From: Pseudonocardiaceae bacterium
Lineage (GTDB): Bacteria > Actinomycetota > Actinomycetes > Mycobacteriales > Pseudonocardiaceae
Direction: 5' to 3'
Length of the DNA: 64,000 nt
Assembly: GCA_036562635.1 (NCBI GenBank)
Contig: DATCJU010000094.1
Span: forward strand, 11,758 to 75,757
The position numbers were made by a program, and so were the translations under genes. Under the pieces are notes generated by a model. The model worked only from the letters and a program-made list of their open reading frames with translations. It was not told the origin of the DNA and ran no database searches. Numbering within the stretch: position 1 is the stretch's first letter; the number at the start of each line of letters is the position of its first letter. Positions 1-10,064 of this stretch are shown in pieces.

Positions 1-176
1 AATCCCCCCAGGACACCGCTCCAGCGGGACCGTACCGGCAATACCCCGGGGAGCCGGCACCGGGATGCACTGTCCCGAGCCTGTTGCCGAGACGGTATGG
101 CGCCGCCACACCCATCAGGTAGCTCATGTCACACCGGTGAGTGGCGCCGGAGCCCGTCGGGTCGCACGGAAGCGGG

Positions 177-1385
177 ATGTGTCCGACACATTCGGAACCT
201 CCCGTCCACCCCGGACGGGTCGACCTCTACTGTCGGGCTGTGCATCTGGTCGATCTCCCCGCCTTCTACCCGCCACACCGAGGCGGTGTCGAGACCTACG
301 CCCACGAGCTGCACCAGCGCCTGCTCGCCACCGATCCCGACCTGCGGATCACGGTGCTGACCTCGGAGGTCGGCGCCTCTCCCGGTCGGGAGGTGCTCGG
401 TGACCGGTGGACGGTGATCCGCTGGCCCGCGCTGCAGCCGGTGCCGCTGTACCCGATGCCCCGCCCCGGGTTCCGGCGTCTGGTCCGGGACCACCTCGGG
501 CCGGACACGGTGCTGATGACGCACACCCGGTTCTACCGGCACGCGGCGATCGCCGGGAACCTGGCCAAGAAGCACGGCGTCGGCTGGCTCCACGTCGAAC
601 ACGGCTCGACCCCGGTCCAGGCCGGGGGCACCCTGGTGCGGCGCACCGCCGACACCGTCGACCTCACCATGGGCCGGCCGCTCCTCCAGGCGGCCGACCG
701 GGTCATCGCGGTCTCCGCGGCCTCGGCCGACTTCGTCAAGCGGCTCTCCGGACGCGAGGCCCGCGTGCTGTACCGCGGGGTGGAACTCCCCCACGGCCTG
801 TCCGCCAACCCACCCGCGACCGGTGAACCCGTGCTGTGCTGCGTGGGTCGCCTGATCACCAGCAAGGGCATCGCGGACCTGTTCCACGCGGTGGCCCAGC
901 TCGACCGGGAAGGGACACGGGTCCGGGTGCGCCTGGTCGGGGACGGCCCGGACCGCGGCGAGTTCGAGCGGCTGGCCGAGCGCCTGGGAATCGCCGACCG
1001 GGTGACCTTCCTCGGCAGCACCGAGCACCTGGTGGCGTTGGAGGAGATGGCCCGCGCCACGGTGATGGTGAACCCGAGCTGGACGGAGGGCCTGCCCACG
1101 ACGGTCCTGGAGGCCGCCGCCCTCGGTTGCGCCGTGGTCGCCACCGACGTCGGTGGCACCTCGGAGATCGTGACCGACGGGGAGAGCGGCTGGGTGGTGC
1201 CGGAGCGCCGCCCGGACCTGCTCGCCGCCGCCCTGCGCGCGGCCCTGAACGACCCGAGCGAACGGTCCCGCCGGGCCATGCGGCTCGCGGTGCAGGCCCG
1301 GGACAAGTTCTCCTGGGAACGCACGGTGGCCGGCTACCTGGAGCTGCTCCACGAGCTGCACGCCACGTCGGCGACGCGGCCCTGA
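177..1385 (+). CDS. glycosyltransferase family 4 (GT-B fold)
   Basis: ORF 141..1385. PPHRGGVETYAHEL near the N-terminus and EGLPTTVLEAAALGCAVVATDVGGTSEIV near the C-terminus are typical GT4/GT1 signatures. Start placed at ATG 177 (GGAAG upstream); GTG 240 is an alternative. Confidence 0.85.
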   Translation: MCPTHSEPPVHPGRVDLYCRAVHLVDLPAFYPPHRGGVETYAHELHQRLLATDPDLRITVLTSEVGASPGREVLGDRWTVIRWPALQPVPLYPMPRPGFRRLVRDHLGPDTVLMTHTRFYRHAAIAGNLAKKHGVGWLHVEHGSTPVQAGGTLVRRTADTVDLTMGRPLLQAADRVIAVSAASADFVKRLSGREARVLYRGVELPHGLSANPPATGEPVLCCVGRLITSKGIADLFHAVAQLDREGTRVRVRLVGDGPDRGEFERLAERLGIADRVTFLGSTEHLVALEEMARATVMVNPSWTEGLPTTVLEAAALGCAVVATDVGGTSEIVTDGESGWVVPERRPDLLAAALRAALNDPSERSRRAMRLAVQARDKFSWERTVAGYLELLHELHATSATRP

Positions 1386-1394
1386 ACCACCGGT

Positions 1395-1433
1395 CCGCCG
1401 TCCCCGGCCCGGTGGTGGGGTCGGGGACGGCGG
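1395..1433. terminator. GC-rich hairpin between convergent genes (12-bp arms CCGCCGTCCCCG / CGGGGACGGCGG)
   Basis: Perfect inverted repeat read directly from the sequence, in the 76-nt gap between the stops of the GT4 and flippase genes. No U-tract. Confidence 0.4.
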
Positions 1434-1461
1434 CCGGGGACAGGTCGGGAACGGGTGCCGG

Positions 1462-2796
1462 TCAGGAACGGGCGCGGCGCAGCAGGAGCCGGATCGCGCC
1501 GTACCGGGACAGCACCTCGTAGCAGAACACCAGCCCGCCGATGGCCAGCGCGGAGGCCAACACGGCCCCGCTGGGGGTCTCGGCGAACAGCATCAGCAGG
1601 CAGGCGTGCACCGCGGCACCGACCACCGCCAGCTGCACGAACCGCTTCTCCCCCGCCGCCAGCGCCACCATCAGGTGCACGTTCAGCACGGCCGCGCCGG
1701 TCATCACCGCGGTCAGTGGGATCGCGATGCTGTGGGCCTCGGCGAACGCCGGGCCGAAGACCAGGGCGAGCAGCGAGGACGGCGCCAGGGCCACGGCCAG
1801 CAGCACCAGCAGCCCGGTACCCACCGCCGCGGCCAGGGTCGCCAGGATCGGCCTGGTCACGTCGCGGGCGGCCGCGAGCCGGGCCGTCACCGAGGGCAGC
1901 AGCATCAACGACAGGGCGGACGGCGCGTAGAACGCCACCTTGGCCAGCAGCGACGCCGAGGCGTAGTGACCGGCGTCGACCTCGCTCATCAGCGCCTTGG
2001 CCACCACCAGGTCGATGTTGGTGAGGGAGCCGAACGCGAGCAGGCCCACCACGGCCAGCGCCAGGTGCGGCACCGCCCGACGCCGTCCGCCGCTCGCGGC
2101 GATCTGGCGCCGCACCACCGGGGTCAGCCAGAGCAGGCCCACCACGGTGGCCAGCACCAGCGCCCACATCGCCCCGGCCACCCCGGCCAGCAGGGCCAGG
2201 GGTACCAGGAACACCACCCGCAGCACCCCGGCCGGGCCGGCCATGACCCCGCCGACCTGGAGGAACCGTTCCTCGCCCTGCGCCACACCCAGCCAGGACT
2301 GCATACCCACACCCAGGGCCAGCCACAGCACACCGCCGACCCAGGCCCAGACCCCGCTGATCCTCAGCACCGGTCCGACCACCGGCCACAGCGCCACCAG
2401 CACCGCGAACAGGCCGATCTGCAGGGCCAGCATCCGCCGCACCATCCACAGCACGGTGGCACCCGCCTCGTCGGCGCGGCCGGTGGCACGGGCGCGTGCC
2501 ACCTCCTTGGCCACGGCGGCCTGCACCCCGTTGAAGGGCATGAAGGCCATGTTGCCGATCGCGGTGATGGCACTGACCTGGGCGAACTCGACCGGCCCGA
2601 GAATGCGCAGCGCCACCACGTAGTACAGGTAGTTGCCCACGTGGGCGCACATGGAGAGCACCAGCACCAGCAGACCCGTGCCCGCGGCCGCCCGGGCTCC
2701 CCGCCCGGTCGAGGTGGGTGGGTTCGCGGCGGACGGTGCGTCGGCGGTCGCCGCCGCGGTCTCCGGGGGTGTCGGTTCGGACGCTGGCCGGCTCAC
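1462..2796 (-). CDS. polysaccharide biosynthesis / oligosaccharide flippase family membrane protein (Wzx/MOP-like)
   Basis: 444-aa polytopic membrane protein with about 12 hydrophobic segments. The N-terminal region (GNYLYYVVALRILGPVEFAQVSAI) is typical of polysaccharide export flippases. It lies among glycosyltransferase genes. GTG start at 2796. Confidence 0.75.
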   Translation of the reverse strand: MSRPASEPTPPETAAATADAPSAANPPTSTGRGARAAAGTGLLVLVLSMCAHVGNYLYYVVALRILGPVEFAQVSAITAIGNMAFMPFNGVQAAVAKEVARARATGRADEAGATVLWMVRRMLALQIGLFAVLVALWPVVGPVLRISGVWAWVGGVLWLALGVGMQSWLGVAQGEERFLQVGGVMAGPAGVLRVVFLVPLALLAGVAGAMWALVLATVVGLLWLTPVVRRQIAASGGRRRAVPHLALAVVGLLAFGSLTNIDLVVAKALMSEVDAGHYASASLLAKVAFYAPSALSLMLLPSVTARLAAARDVTRPILATLAAAVGTGLLVLLAVALAPSSLLALVFGPAFAEAHSIAIPLTAVMTGAAVLNVHLMVALAAGEKRFVQLAVVGAAVHACLLMLFAETPSGAVLASALAIGGLVFCYEVLSRYGAIRLLLRRARS

Positions 2797-3001
2797 GGCG
2801 CCACGATAACCATCCCGTTCCGGAAAACCGCGACCAGTGGGACAACCCGAGAAAACGGGAGAACGTCCTGTGTGACGAGAACCTGATCGACGTGGTCGGG
2901 AAACCGGCCGAGAGGTCGGAGGGCTGCTCCGCTACTGTGGGACTGCCGTTCGGCCGCGACGGGTGCGGCATCCAGTAGACGAAAGGTTTCCGGGAGGGCA
3001 C

Positions 3002-3691
3002 GTGGCCGATTGGTCCAACGTCTGGCTCGTCATTCCCGTGTACAACGAGGCACCGGTCATCGCCAGCGTGGTCGAGCACGCCCGCCAGACCTTCCCGAAC
3101 ATCGTGTGCGTGGACGACGGAAGCCGGGACGGTTCCGCGGAGCAGATCCGGCTCTCCGGTGCGCACCTGGTACGCCACCCGGTGAACCTGGGTCAGGGGG
3201 CCGCACTGCAGACCGGCATCGAGTACGCACGTCAGCAGCCCGGTGCCGAGTACTTCGTCACCTTCGACGCGGACGGCCAGCACCAGGTCGAGGACGTGGT
3301 CCGGATGCTGGAGCGGCTGCAGCAGGGTGACGTGGACATCGTGGTCGGCACCCGTTTCCAGGGCGACACCAAGCACATCCCGTGGATCAAGCGCCTGGTG
3401 CTGCGCACCGTCGTCATGCTCAGCCCGCGCACCCGGCGGCTCGGTCTCAGCGACGCACACAACGGGTTGCGGGTGTTCAACCGCAAGGTCGCCGAGCAGA
3501 TGAACATCACCCTCAACGGTATGGGCCACGCCTCGGAAATCGTCGAGATGATCGACAAGAAGAAGTGGCGGGTCGCCGAGGAGCCGGTGAAGATCCTCTA
3601 CACCGAGTACTCGATGGCCAAGGGACAATCCCTGATCAACGGGGTGAACATCCTGTTCGACACCATGCTCAAGGGAAGCGCGAAGAACTGA
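3002..3691 (+). CDS. glycosyltransferase family 2 (polyprenyl-phosphate sugar transferase-like, GtrB/ArnC type)
   Basis: WLVIPVYNEAPVI, VCVDDGSRDGS and TFDADGQH motifs (GT2 DxD type). Start moved to GTG 3002, directly after GGGAGGG; the ORF track start is 2963. Confidence 0.85.
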   Translation: MADWSNVWLVIPVYNEAPVIASVVEHARQTFPNIVCVDDGSRDGSAEQIRLSGAHLVRHPVNLGQGAALQTGIEYARQQPGAEYFVTFDADGQHQVEDVVRMLERLQQGDVDIVVGTRFQGDTKHIPWIKRLVLRTVVMLSPRTRRLGLSDAHNGLRVFNRKVAEQMNITLNGMGHASEIVEMIDKKKWRVAEEPVKILYTEYSMAKGQSLINGVNILFDTMLKGSAKN

Positions 3692-3692
3692 G

Positions 3693-4067
3693 ATGCTGAT
3701 CCAGATCCTGCTCATCGCCGCGGTCCTGGCGCTGTTGGTCTTCTTCCTGCGCCACCGGGGCACAGCGCGCACCGCGGCGGGTGTCAAGATCGGTTTTGTC
3801 CTTTTCCTGCTGTTTGGTGTTTATGCGGTGCTGCGGCCGGACGACGTGCAGCTGCTGGCCGACCTGGTCGGGGTGGGCCGGGGCACCGACCTGATGCTCT
3901 ACGCGCTGATCGTGGCCTTCGCCTTCGCCACGATCAACACCTACCTGCGGTTCAAGGAGCTGGAGCTGCGCTACGCCCGGCTGGCCCGGGCCATCGCCCT
4001 GGCCAACGCCGAGGCACCCCGCGGCGACAGGCCCACCGACTCCTCCGACTCCGCCGAGGCGGCCTGA
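3693..4067 (+). CDS. DUF2304 family small membrane protein
   Basis: 124 aa with three or four hydrophobic helices. It starts 1 nt after the GT2 stop. The GT2 + DUF2304 pair is a conserved actinobacterial arrangement (from memory). Confidence 0.7.
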   Translation: MLIQILLIAAVLALLVFFLRHRGTARTAAGVKIGFVLFLLFGVYAVLRPDDVQLLADLVGVGRGTDLMLYALIVAFAFATINTYLRFKELELRYARLARAIALANAEAPRGDRPTDSSDSAEAA

Positions 4068-4155
4068 CCGCGACGACCGTGGTGTCCGGGTGATCGTCCC
4101 CGGTCCCCCGGGACGTACCGTCGCACGTCCGTCCCGTCGCCACCCCCGAACGTGC

Positions 4156-4202
4156 CCGGCCCCGTGCCGGAGCGGGTCGTTCCCGCCCGGTCACGGGGCC
4201 GG
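4156..4202. terminator. hairpin between convergent genes (arms CCGGCCCCGTG / CACGGGGCCGG with a structured loop)
   Basis: 11-bp perfect arms seen in the sequence between the DUF2304 stop and the epimerase stop. The long loop contains a second small stem (CGGG..CCCG). Confidence 0.3.
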
Positions 4203-4216
4203 ACGTCGCTCCGGGA

Positions 4217-5227
<1,011 letters not shown>

Positions 5228-5311
5228 CTAGAGCGCAGGGCTCACCCCGGCCCGGGGTGCCCGGGGTGGGGATGGCCCACCTCGGGCACCCCGACGTGAC
5301 ACGGTCGGCGA

Positions 5312-7153
5312 TCAGGTGGTCACGACCAGCGAACCGCCCTCGAAGTCCTGCCGCAGTCCGCCCGCGACCGGGTAGGCGTCGCTGATCGGCAACCCCAGGG
5401 GCCCCTGTTCCGCACCCTGCGCCCACCACTGCCGGCGCAGCTCACCGGAGAGCACGTGCGCCCCGGTCCCGGGGGACCACAGGATGCTCGCGTCCTGGGT
5501 GAACTCGTTGAACAGCCCCTCCCGGCCCGCCAGGGGCAGGGTGTCCGTGACCGGCAGACCGAGAACACCGCTGCCCCCGGCGTCCCACCACTTCTGCCGC
5601 ACCACGCCGCGCACCTCGTGGGCGCCGGTCGCCGCGGACCACATGATCGTGGTGTCCCCGGTGAACTCGTTGAACCGGGCACCGGGCACGTCGGTGTCCG
5701 GCAGCTCGTCCGTGACCGGGTAGCCGACCACCGACGGACCGCCGAGCGCCCAGAACTTCTCCTGGATGGCACCGCCGATCCAGTGCGTGCCGGCGTCAGC
5801 GTGCCAGGTGATCGTCGGACCGCCCCAGCCGGTGAACCCGGTCGCCCGACCACCACCGGCCCAGTCGGACTCGACGGCGAACACCGGTCCCAGCCAGCCG
5901 TCCTCGCCGCCCTGCGACTGCCAGCGCTGGTAGATCGGGCCGTTCCGCCACGCCCCGGCCAGCTCACCCACCCGCTGCCGGATCCGGCCGAGCTGCGCGT
6001 ACCCGGCGTCGCCCGGGCACTCGGTGTGGTTGGCGTCCCGGTGTCCGAGGATCGTCGGCAGGGTCACCAGGGTGCCCGCGGGGTACTTGGCGTTCGCACG
6101 GCTGTCCGTGGACACCAGCTCCACGGTGCCCAGGGGCTCCTGGTAACCGGCCAGCAGCTTCCACGCGGCGGTCCGGGCCACCGACTCCAGCTGCTGCGCC
6201 TGCGGGGTGACGGTGCGGAAGTCGCCGATCATGGCGATGCCGAAGGTGTGCTGGTTGAAGCCCAGGGCGTGTCCCCCGACGACCGGCAGGTTCACCCCAC
6301 CGGCACGGCCCTCGAACATCACCCCGCACTTGTCGACCAGCACGTGGTAGCCGATGTCACCCCAGCCGTTGGTGACCGCGTGGAGGGTGTAGATGCTCCG
6401 CACGATCCGGGCCGATTCGGCACAGGTGTAGTTGTTGCTGTTGGAGCCGTCGTGGAAGGTGTGGTGGACCACCACGGCCCGGTTCGGCACGACGTACTCC
6501 GGCGGCCAGGTCATGAGGGACTCGTCGGCACCCCACTGGGCCCGGGTGACGATCGGTGGCTGCTCCGGCACCCCGGTGACCGGGTGGGCCGCCAGCTCGG
6601 CGATCCGGAGGTCGTTGTCGCTGGTGCCCCCGTCCACCGCCACCAGGGTCAGCTCGTCCGTGACCGGCCTGCCGTCCCGCCAGGCCCGCACCTGCACCCG
6701 GTCGGCGCGACCGACCCACACCGGTTCGCTGCTCCGGGTCACGGGCACGTGGTCCGGACCGGAGTCCTCGACCCCCGGTGTGCTCCAGGGGCTCCAGGTG
6801 CCGTCGACGGTGCGACTGCGCACCTCCAACCGGTCCGGAGCCTGCCCGTCCCAGGTGACCACGACCAGCGAGAACGCCGGGTCCTGACTCACCTCACGCG
6901 TGTCGGGCCCGCCGTACGGTGTGTTCTCCGATCCGGCCTCCCGCACCCGGGCGGTGTCGGCCAGCCGGACCGTCCGGATGCGGGTCGGGACCGTCCCCGC
7001 CTCGGGTAACGCCGCGACGACGGGGCCACCCGTGCGGGCCGGGTCCTGCGGTTCGGCGGCCCACCCCGTTCCGACCGACGGTGTCGTCGCCACGAGGGCG
7101 AAGACCAACGCCCCCGTGATCACTCCGCGTGCTGAGCGCACCCTGCTGCACAT
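5312..7153 (-). CDS. secreted N-acetylmuramoyl-L-alanine amidase (Amidase_2/PGRP type) with C-terminal LGFP repeats
   Basis: Signal peptide (ITGALVFALVATTPSVG). Amidase core: VVVHHTF..., GDIGYHVLVDKCGVMFEGRAGG, LGHRDANHTECPGD. Four or five C-terminal repeats of the form GG..G.LG.P..DE...G....F (LGFP-like). Confidence 0.9.
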   Translation of the reverse strand: MCSRVRSARGVITGALVFALVATTPSVGTGWAAEPQDPARTGGPVVAALPEAGTVPTRIRTVRLADTARVREAGSENTPYGGPDTREVSQDPAFSLVVVTWDGQAPDRLEVRSRTVDGTWSPWSTPGVEDSGPDHVPVTRSSEPVWVGRADRVQVRAWRDGRPVTDELTLVAVDGGTSDNDLRIAELAAHPVTGVPEQPPIVTRAQWGADESLMTWPPEYVVPNRAVVVHHTFHDGSNSNNYTCAESARIVRSIYTLHAVTNGWGDIGYHVLVDKCGVMFEGRAGGVNLPVVGGHALGFNQHTFGIAMIGDFRTVTPQAQQLESVARTAAWKLLAGYQEPLGTVELVSTDSRANAKYPAGTLVTLPTILGHRDANHTECPGDAGYAQLGRIRQRVGELAGAWRNGPIYQRWQSQGGEDGWLGPVFAVESDWAGGGRATGFTGWGGPTITWHADAGTHWIGGAIQEKFWALGGPSVVGYPVTDELPDTDVPGARFNEFTGDTTIMWSAATGAHEVRGVVRQKWWDAGGSGVLGLPVTDTLPLAGREGLFNEFTQDASILWSPGTGAHVLSGELRRQWWAQGAEQGPLGLPISDAYPVAGGLRQDFEGGSLVVTT

Positions 7154-7293
7154 GTGATCCCCCTCACCATCCCAGGTGACCGGAGGCTACGAGTCGGTGC
7201 CGACGGGAAACGCGGTGACGCATCGGAGTTCACCCGAGGAGCCAGGCACCACCACACGTTCGGCCCTGACGCGCCGCGCGGAGATGCGGCCGG

Positions 7294-8541
7294 TCAGCGC
7301 CCGTGGACCCGACCGTCCTGCCACACCCCGAACAGTTCGGCGACCCGCTGCCGGACCTGTTCCATCCGCTCGTAGCCGGCGTCCCCCGGGCACACCGTGC
7401 GGCCGACGTCCCGGTGCCCGAAGACCCGCTGCACCCGGAGCCGTTCACCCGCCGGGACCTTCGCCGTGCCGCCGCCGGTGCTCTCCAGCTCCACCTCACC
7501 GCTCGGCGACTGGCCCTCGACGTCCAGCTTCCACGCGGAGATCCGGGCCACCGACTCCAGCTGCTCCGCCGTGGGCTGCTCCGAGGAGTAGTTGCCGATC
7601 AGCGACACCCCGAAGGTGTGGAGGTTGAATCCCCCCGCGTGTCCGCCGACGACCGGCAGGTGCAGCCCGCCGAAGCGGCCTTCGAAGATCACCCCGCACT
7701 TGTCGACCAGCACGTGGTAGCCGAGGTCACCCCAGCCCAGGGTGACCGCGTGGTAGTGGTGGATGCCCCGCACGATCTTGGCCGAGTCGGCGCAGCTGTA
7801 GTCGTTGCCGCCCGCGGTGTGGTGCACGGTGATCGCCAGCACCGGCGACGCGTACGTCGGCTCCCAGGTCGTCGTCTCCTCGTCGGCACCCCACTGGGCC
7901 CGGCTCACCACCCGCGGCTGCCGCACCGTCGTACCGTCCTGCACGGTGTCGCCCTGTGCGGTGTCACCCTGCGCGGCCGTCTCGCCGATCCGGGCGTCGT
8001 TCTCCCCGACCCCGGGGTCCACGAGCACCAGGGACAGCTCGTCGGTGACCGCACGCCCGTCCTGGAAGGCCCGCACCTGTACCTGGCGTGCCGGCCCGGT
8101 CCAGACCGGCTCGGTCGCCCAGGTGGAGTCCACCCCGTCCGGTCCGCCGGTCTCCGGCTCCAGGACCAGCCACGCCCCCCAGGCTCCCCCGTCCAGGCCC
8201 AGGTCGAGTCGCACCCGCACCTCGATCCGGGTCGGCAGGATCTGCCCGATCACCCCGAGCAGGGAGAACGGGCGGTCCACGGTGACCTCGCGCACCTCAC
8301 CGCCCTGCTCGTCCCGGACCGCCGGCACCTCGGCGAGCCGCACCACACGGCTGTCCACCCGCACCGGCGGTATCTCGGGCAGCTCGCTCCGTTCCAGGAC
8401 GGGACCGTCCACGAACCGCTCGGGTCCGGTCCCGACCGGGGTCGCCACCGCCGACCCGGGCAACCCCGTCCCCACGACCACCGCCACCACGGCCCCGGCC
8501 AGCACCCGCCCCAGCCGCGTCGCCTGCCACCGACCCACCAT
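7294..8541 (-). CDS. secreted N-acetylmuramoyl-L-alanine amidase (paralogue of 5312..7153, without LGFP repeats)
   Basis: Same core motifs (ITVHHTAGGNDY, GDLGYHVLVDKCGVIFEGRFGG, FGHRDVGRTVCPGD). Start set at ATG 8541, which gives a normal signal peptide; the ORF track start (TTG 8574) is possible. Confidence 0.88.
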   Translation of the reverse strand: MVGRWQATRLGRVLAGAVVAVVVGTGLPGSAVATPVGTGPERFVDGPVLERSELPEIPPVRVDSRVVRLAEVPAVRDEQGGEVREVTVDRPFSLLGVIGQILPTRIEVRVRLDLGLDGGAWGAWLVLEPETGGPDGVDSTWATEPVWTGPARQVQVRAFQDGRAVTDELSLVLVDPGVGENDARIGETAAQGDTAQGDTVQDGTTVRQPRVVSRAQWGADEETTTWEPTYASPVLAITVHHTAGGNDYSCADSAKIVRGIHHYHAVTLGWGDLGYHVLVDKCGVIFEGRFGGLHLPVVGGHAGGFNLHTFGVSLIGNYSSEQPTAEQLESVARISAWKLDVEGQSPSGEVELESTGGGTAKVPAGERLRVQRVFGHRDVGRTVCPGDAGYERMEQVRQRVAELFGVWQDGRVHGR

Positions 8542-8745
8542 GCCGCCCCCACCCACAGGACTCACACCGGTCAACTCGGGGGCAGGTTAGGCAGCAGCAG
8601 CCACAGCCGCTGGTCAGGAGAAACACGCCCGGGCGAAGATCCGACGCAAACCACTCGGCGGAGGAAAACCCGGTCGGTGGCCGATGACACCGTGCTGCCG
8701 ACACGCCCAGGAGCAGGTGAACCGGGCCCGCCGGCCGGTGTTCAC

Positions 8746-9936
8746 TCAGGCCGGCACCGCCTCCAGCACGCGGTCCGCCACCACCTTGGCGATCTCCAGG
8801 CTGCTGGTGGCCGCGGGCGAGGGCGCGTTCAGCACGTGCACCTGGCGGGGTGCCGTCTCGAACAGGAAGTCGTCCACCAGCGAACCGTCCGGCAGCACCG
8901 CCTGCGCCCGCACCCCCGCCGGGGCCGGGACCAGGTCGGCCGGACGCACCGCGGGCACCAGGCGGGCCAGGCTCTCCGCGAACCGCTGCCGGGACAGCGA
9001 ACGCCACACCTCGGCGATCCCGGTCGCGGCGTGCCGGGCGGCGAGCCGCCAGAACCCGGGGAACCGCAGCACCTCCGCGAGGTCCCCCGCCGCGACGTCC
9101 CGCCACTGGTACCCCTCGCGGCGCAGGGCGAGCACCGCGTTCGGCCCGGCGTGCACCCCACCGTCCACGCCCCGGGTCAGATGCACCCCCAGGAACGGGA
9201 ACCTGGGGTCCGGTACCGGGTAGACCAGACCACGCACCAGGTGCCGGGCCCGGGGACGCAGTTCGTAGTACTCCCCGCGGAACGGCACGATCCGGGCCCG
9301 GGGCTGCAGCCCGGCGAGTCGTGCCACCCGGTCGCTGTGCAGGCCGGCGCAGTTCACCAGCGCGTCCGCCCGCACCACCCCGGTCGTGGTGGCCAGCTCC
9401 ACCCGGCCGGGCGCGGAACGGATCGCCCGCACCTCCGACCCGGTGCGCAGCTCGGCCCCGTGCTCGGCGAGCCGGTCGGCCAGCACCCGGCACACCCCGG
9501 GAAAGTCGATGATCGCGGTGCTCTCCACCCGCAACGCGGCCAGACAGGACACCTCGGGCTCGAACTCACGTGCCTCCTCCGGGGTGAGCGTCCGCGCCGG
9601 CACCCCGTTGGCCTCGGCCCGCCGGGCCAGTTCGGCCAGCCGGGGCAGCTCCTCCGGCTCGGTCGCCACCACCAGCTTGCCGCACACCTCCACCGGGACC
9701 CCGTGCTCCCGGGCGAACTCCACCACGGACCGGTTGCCGGCCACGCACAACCGGGCCTTCCACGAGCCGGGCCGGTAGTACAACCCGGCGTGCACCACAC
9801 CGCTGTTGTGTCCGCTCTGGTGCCGAGACCAGGTGTTCTCCTTCTCCAGCACGGTCACCGCGTACCCGCGGTGCACCGCCAGCTCGTGCGCCACCGCGAG
9901 CCCGACGATTCCGCCACCCACCACCGCGACGTGCAC
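8746..9936 (-). CDS. lhgO: L-2-hydroxyglutarate oxidase (FAD-dependent)
   Basis: VAVVGGGIVGLAVA dinucleotide fold and HQSGHNSGVVHAGLYYRPGS, typical of LhgO. Start moved to GTG 9936 (AGGAG 7 nt upstream); the ORF track start is 10005. Confidence 0.85.
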   Translation of the reverse strand: MHVAVVGGGIVGLAVAHELAVHRGYAVTVLEKENTWSRHQSGHNSGVVHAGLYYRPGSWKARLCVAGNRSVVEFAREHGVPVEVCGKLVVATEPEELPRLAELARRAEANGVPARTLTPEEAREFEPEVSCLAALRVESTAIIDFPGVCRVLADRLAEHGAELRTGSEVRAIRSAPGRVELATTTGVVRADALVNCAGLHSDRVARLAGLQPRARIVPFRGEYYELRPRARHLVRGLVYPVPDPRFPFLGVHLTRGVDGGVHAGPNAVLALRREGYQWRDVAAGDLAEVLRFPGFWRLAARHAATGIAEVWRSLSRQRFAESLARLVPAVRPADLVPAPAGVRAQAVLPDGSLVDDFLFETAPRQVHVLNAPSPAATSSLEIAKVVADRVLEAVPA

Positions 9937-10028
9937 GTGACCACTCCTGTCCCACATTCCCGGTGACGGCAGAGCATAGGACCGCCCTGGCCCCGCGCTG
10001 ATCATCGGTGCCCGTCGGAGCCGACTTG

Positions 10029-10049
10029 ACCCTGACGTCGCGTCAGGGT
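10029..10049. promoter_or_regulatory. 21-bp dyad ACCCTGACG-tcg-CGTCAGGGT overlapping a TTGACC -35-like hexamer; candidate MerR-type operator
   Basis: Perfect 9-bp arms read from the sequence, 16 nt upstream of the MFS start. The MFS gene is followed, with overlap, by a MerR regulator. MerR operators typically sit inside the promoter spacer. Confidence 0.45.
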
Positions 10050-10064
10050 TGCACGCTGCCGGCC

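Noticed and set aside
1334-3787. 817-aa minus-strand ORF spanning the flippase, the GT2 gene and the intergenic DNA. Similar giant ORFs occur at 7303..9966 (+), 30337..33156 (+), 59312..61171 (+), 61439..63439 (+), 44129..45829 (-) and 45881..47575 (-).
   Set aside because: These are typical high-GC shadow ORFs. They have Arg/Pro/Gly/Ala-dominated low-complexity translations, no family motifs, and each lies antisense or out of frame to a gene with clear homology and proper GC3 bias.
8575-8745. ydaO-like riboswitch upstream of the second amidase (a GCCTAACCTG block).
   Set aside because: Only one short block resembles the consensus. The GGGGUGAAUCC-like and CGC..AAUC-like blocks and a closing helix are absent.
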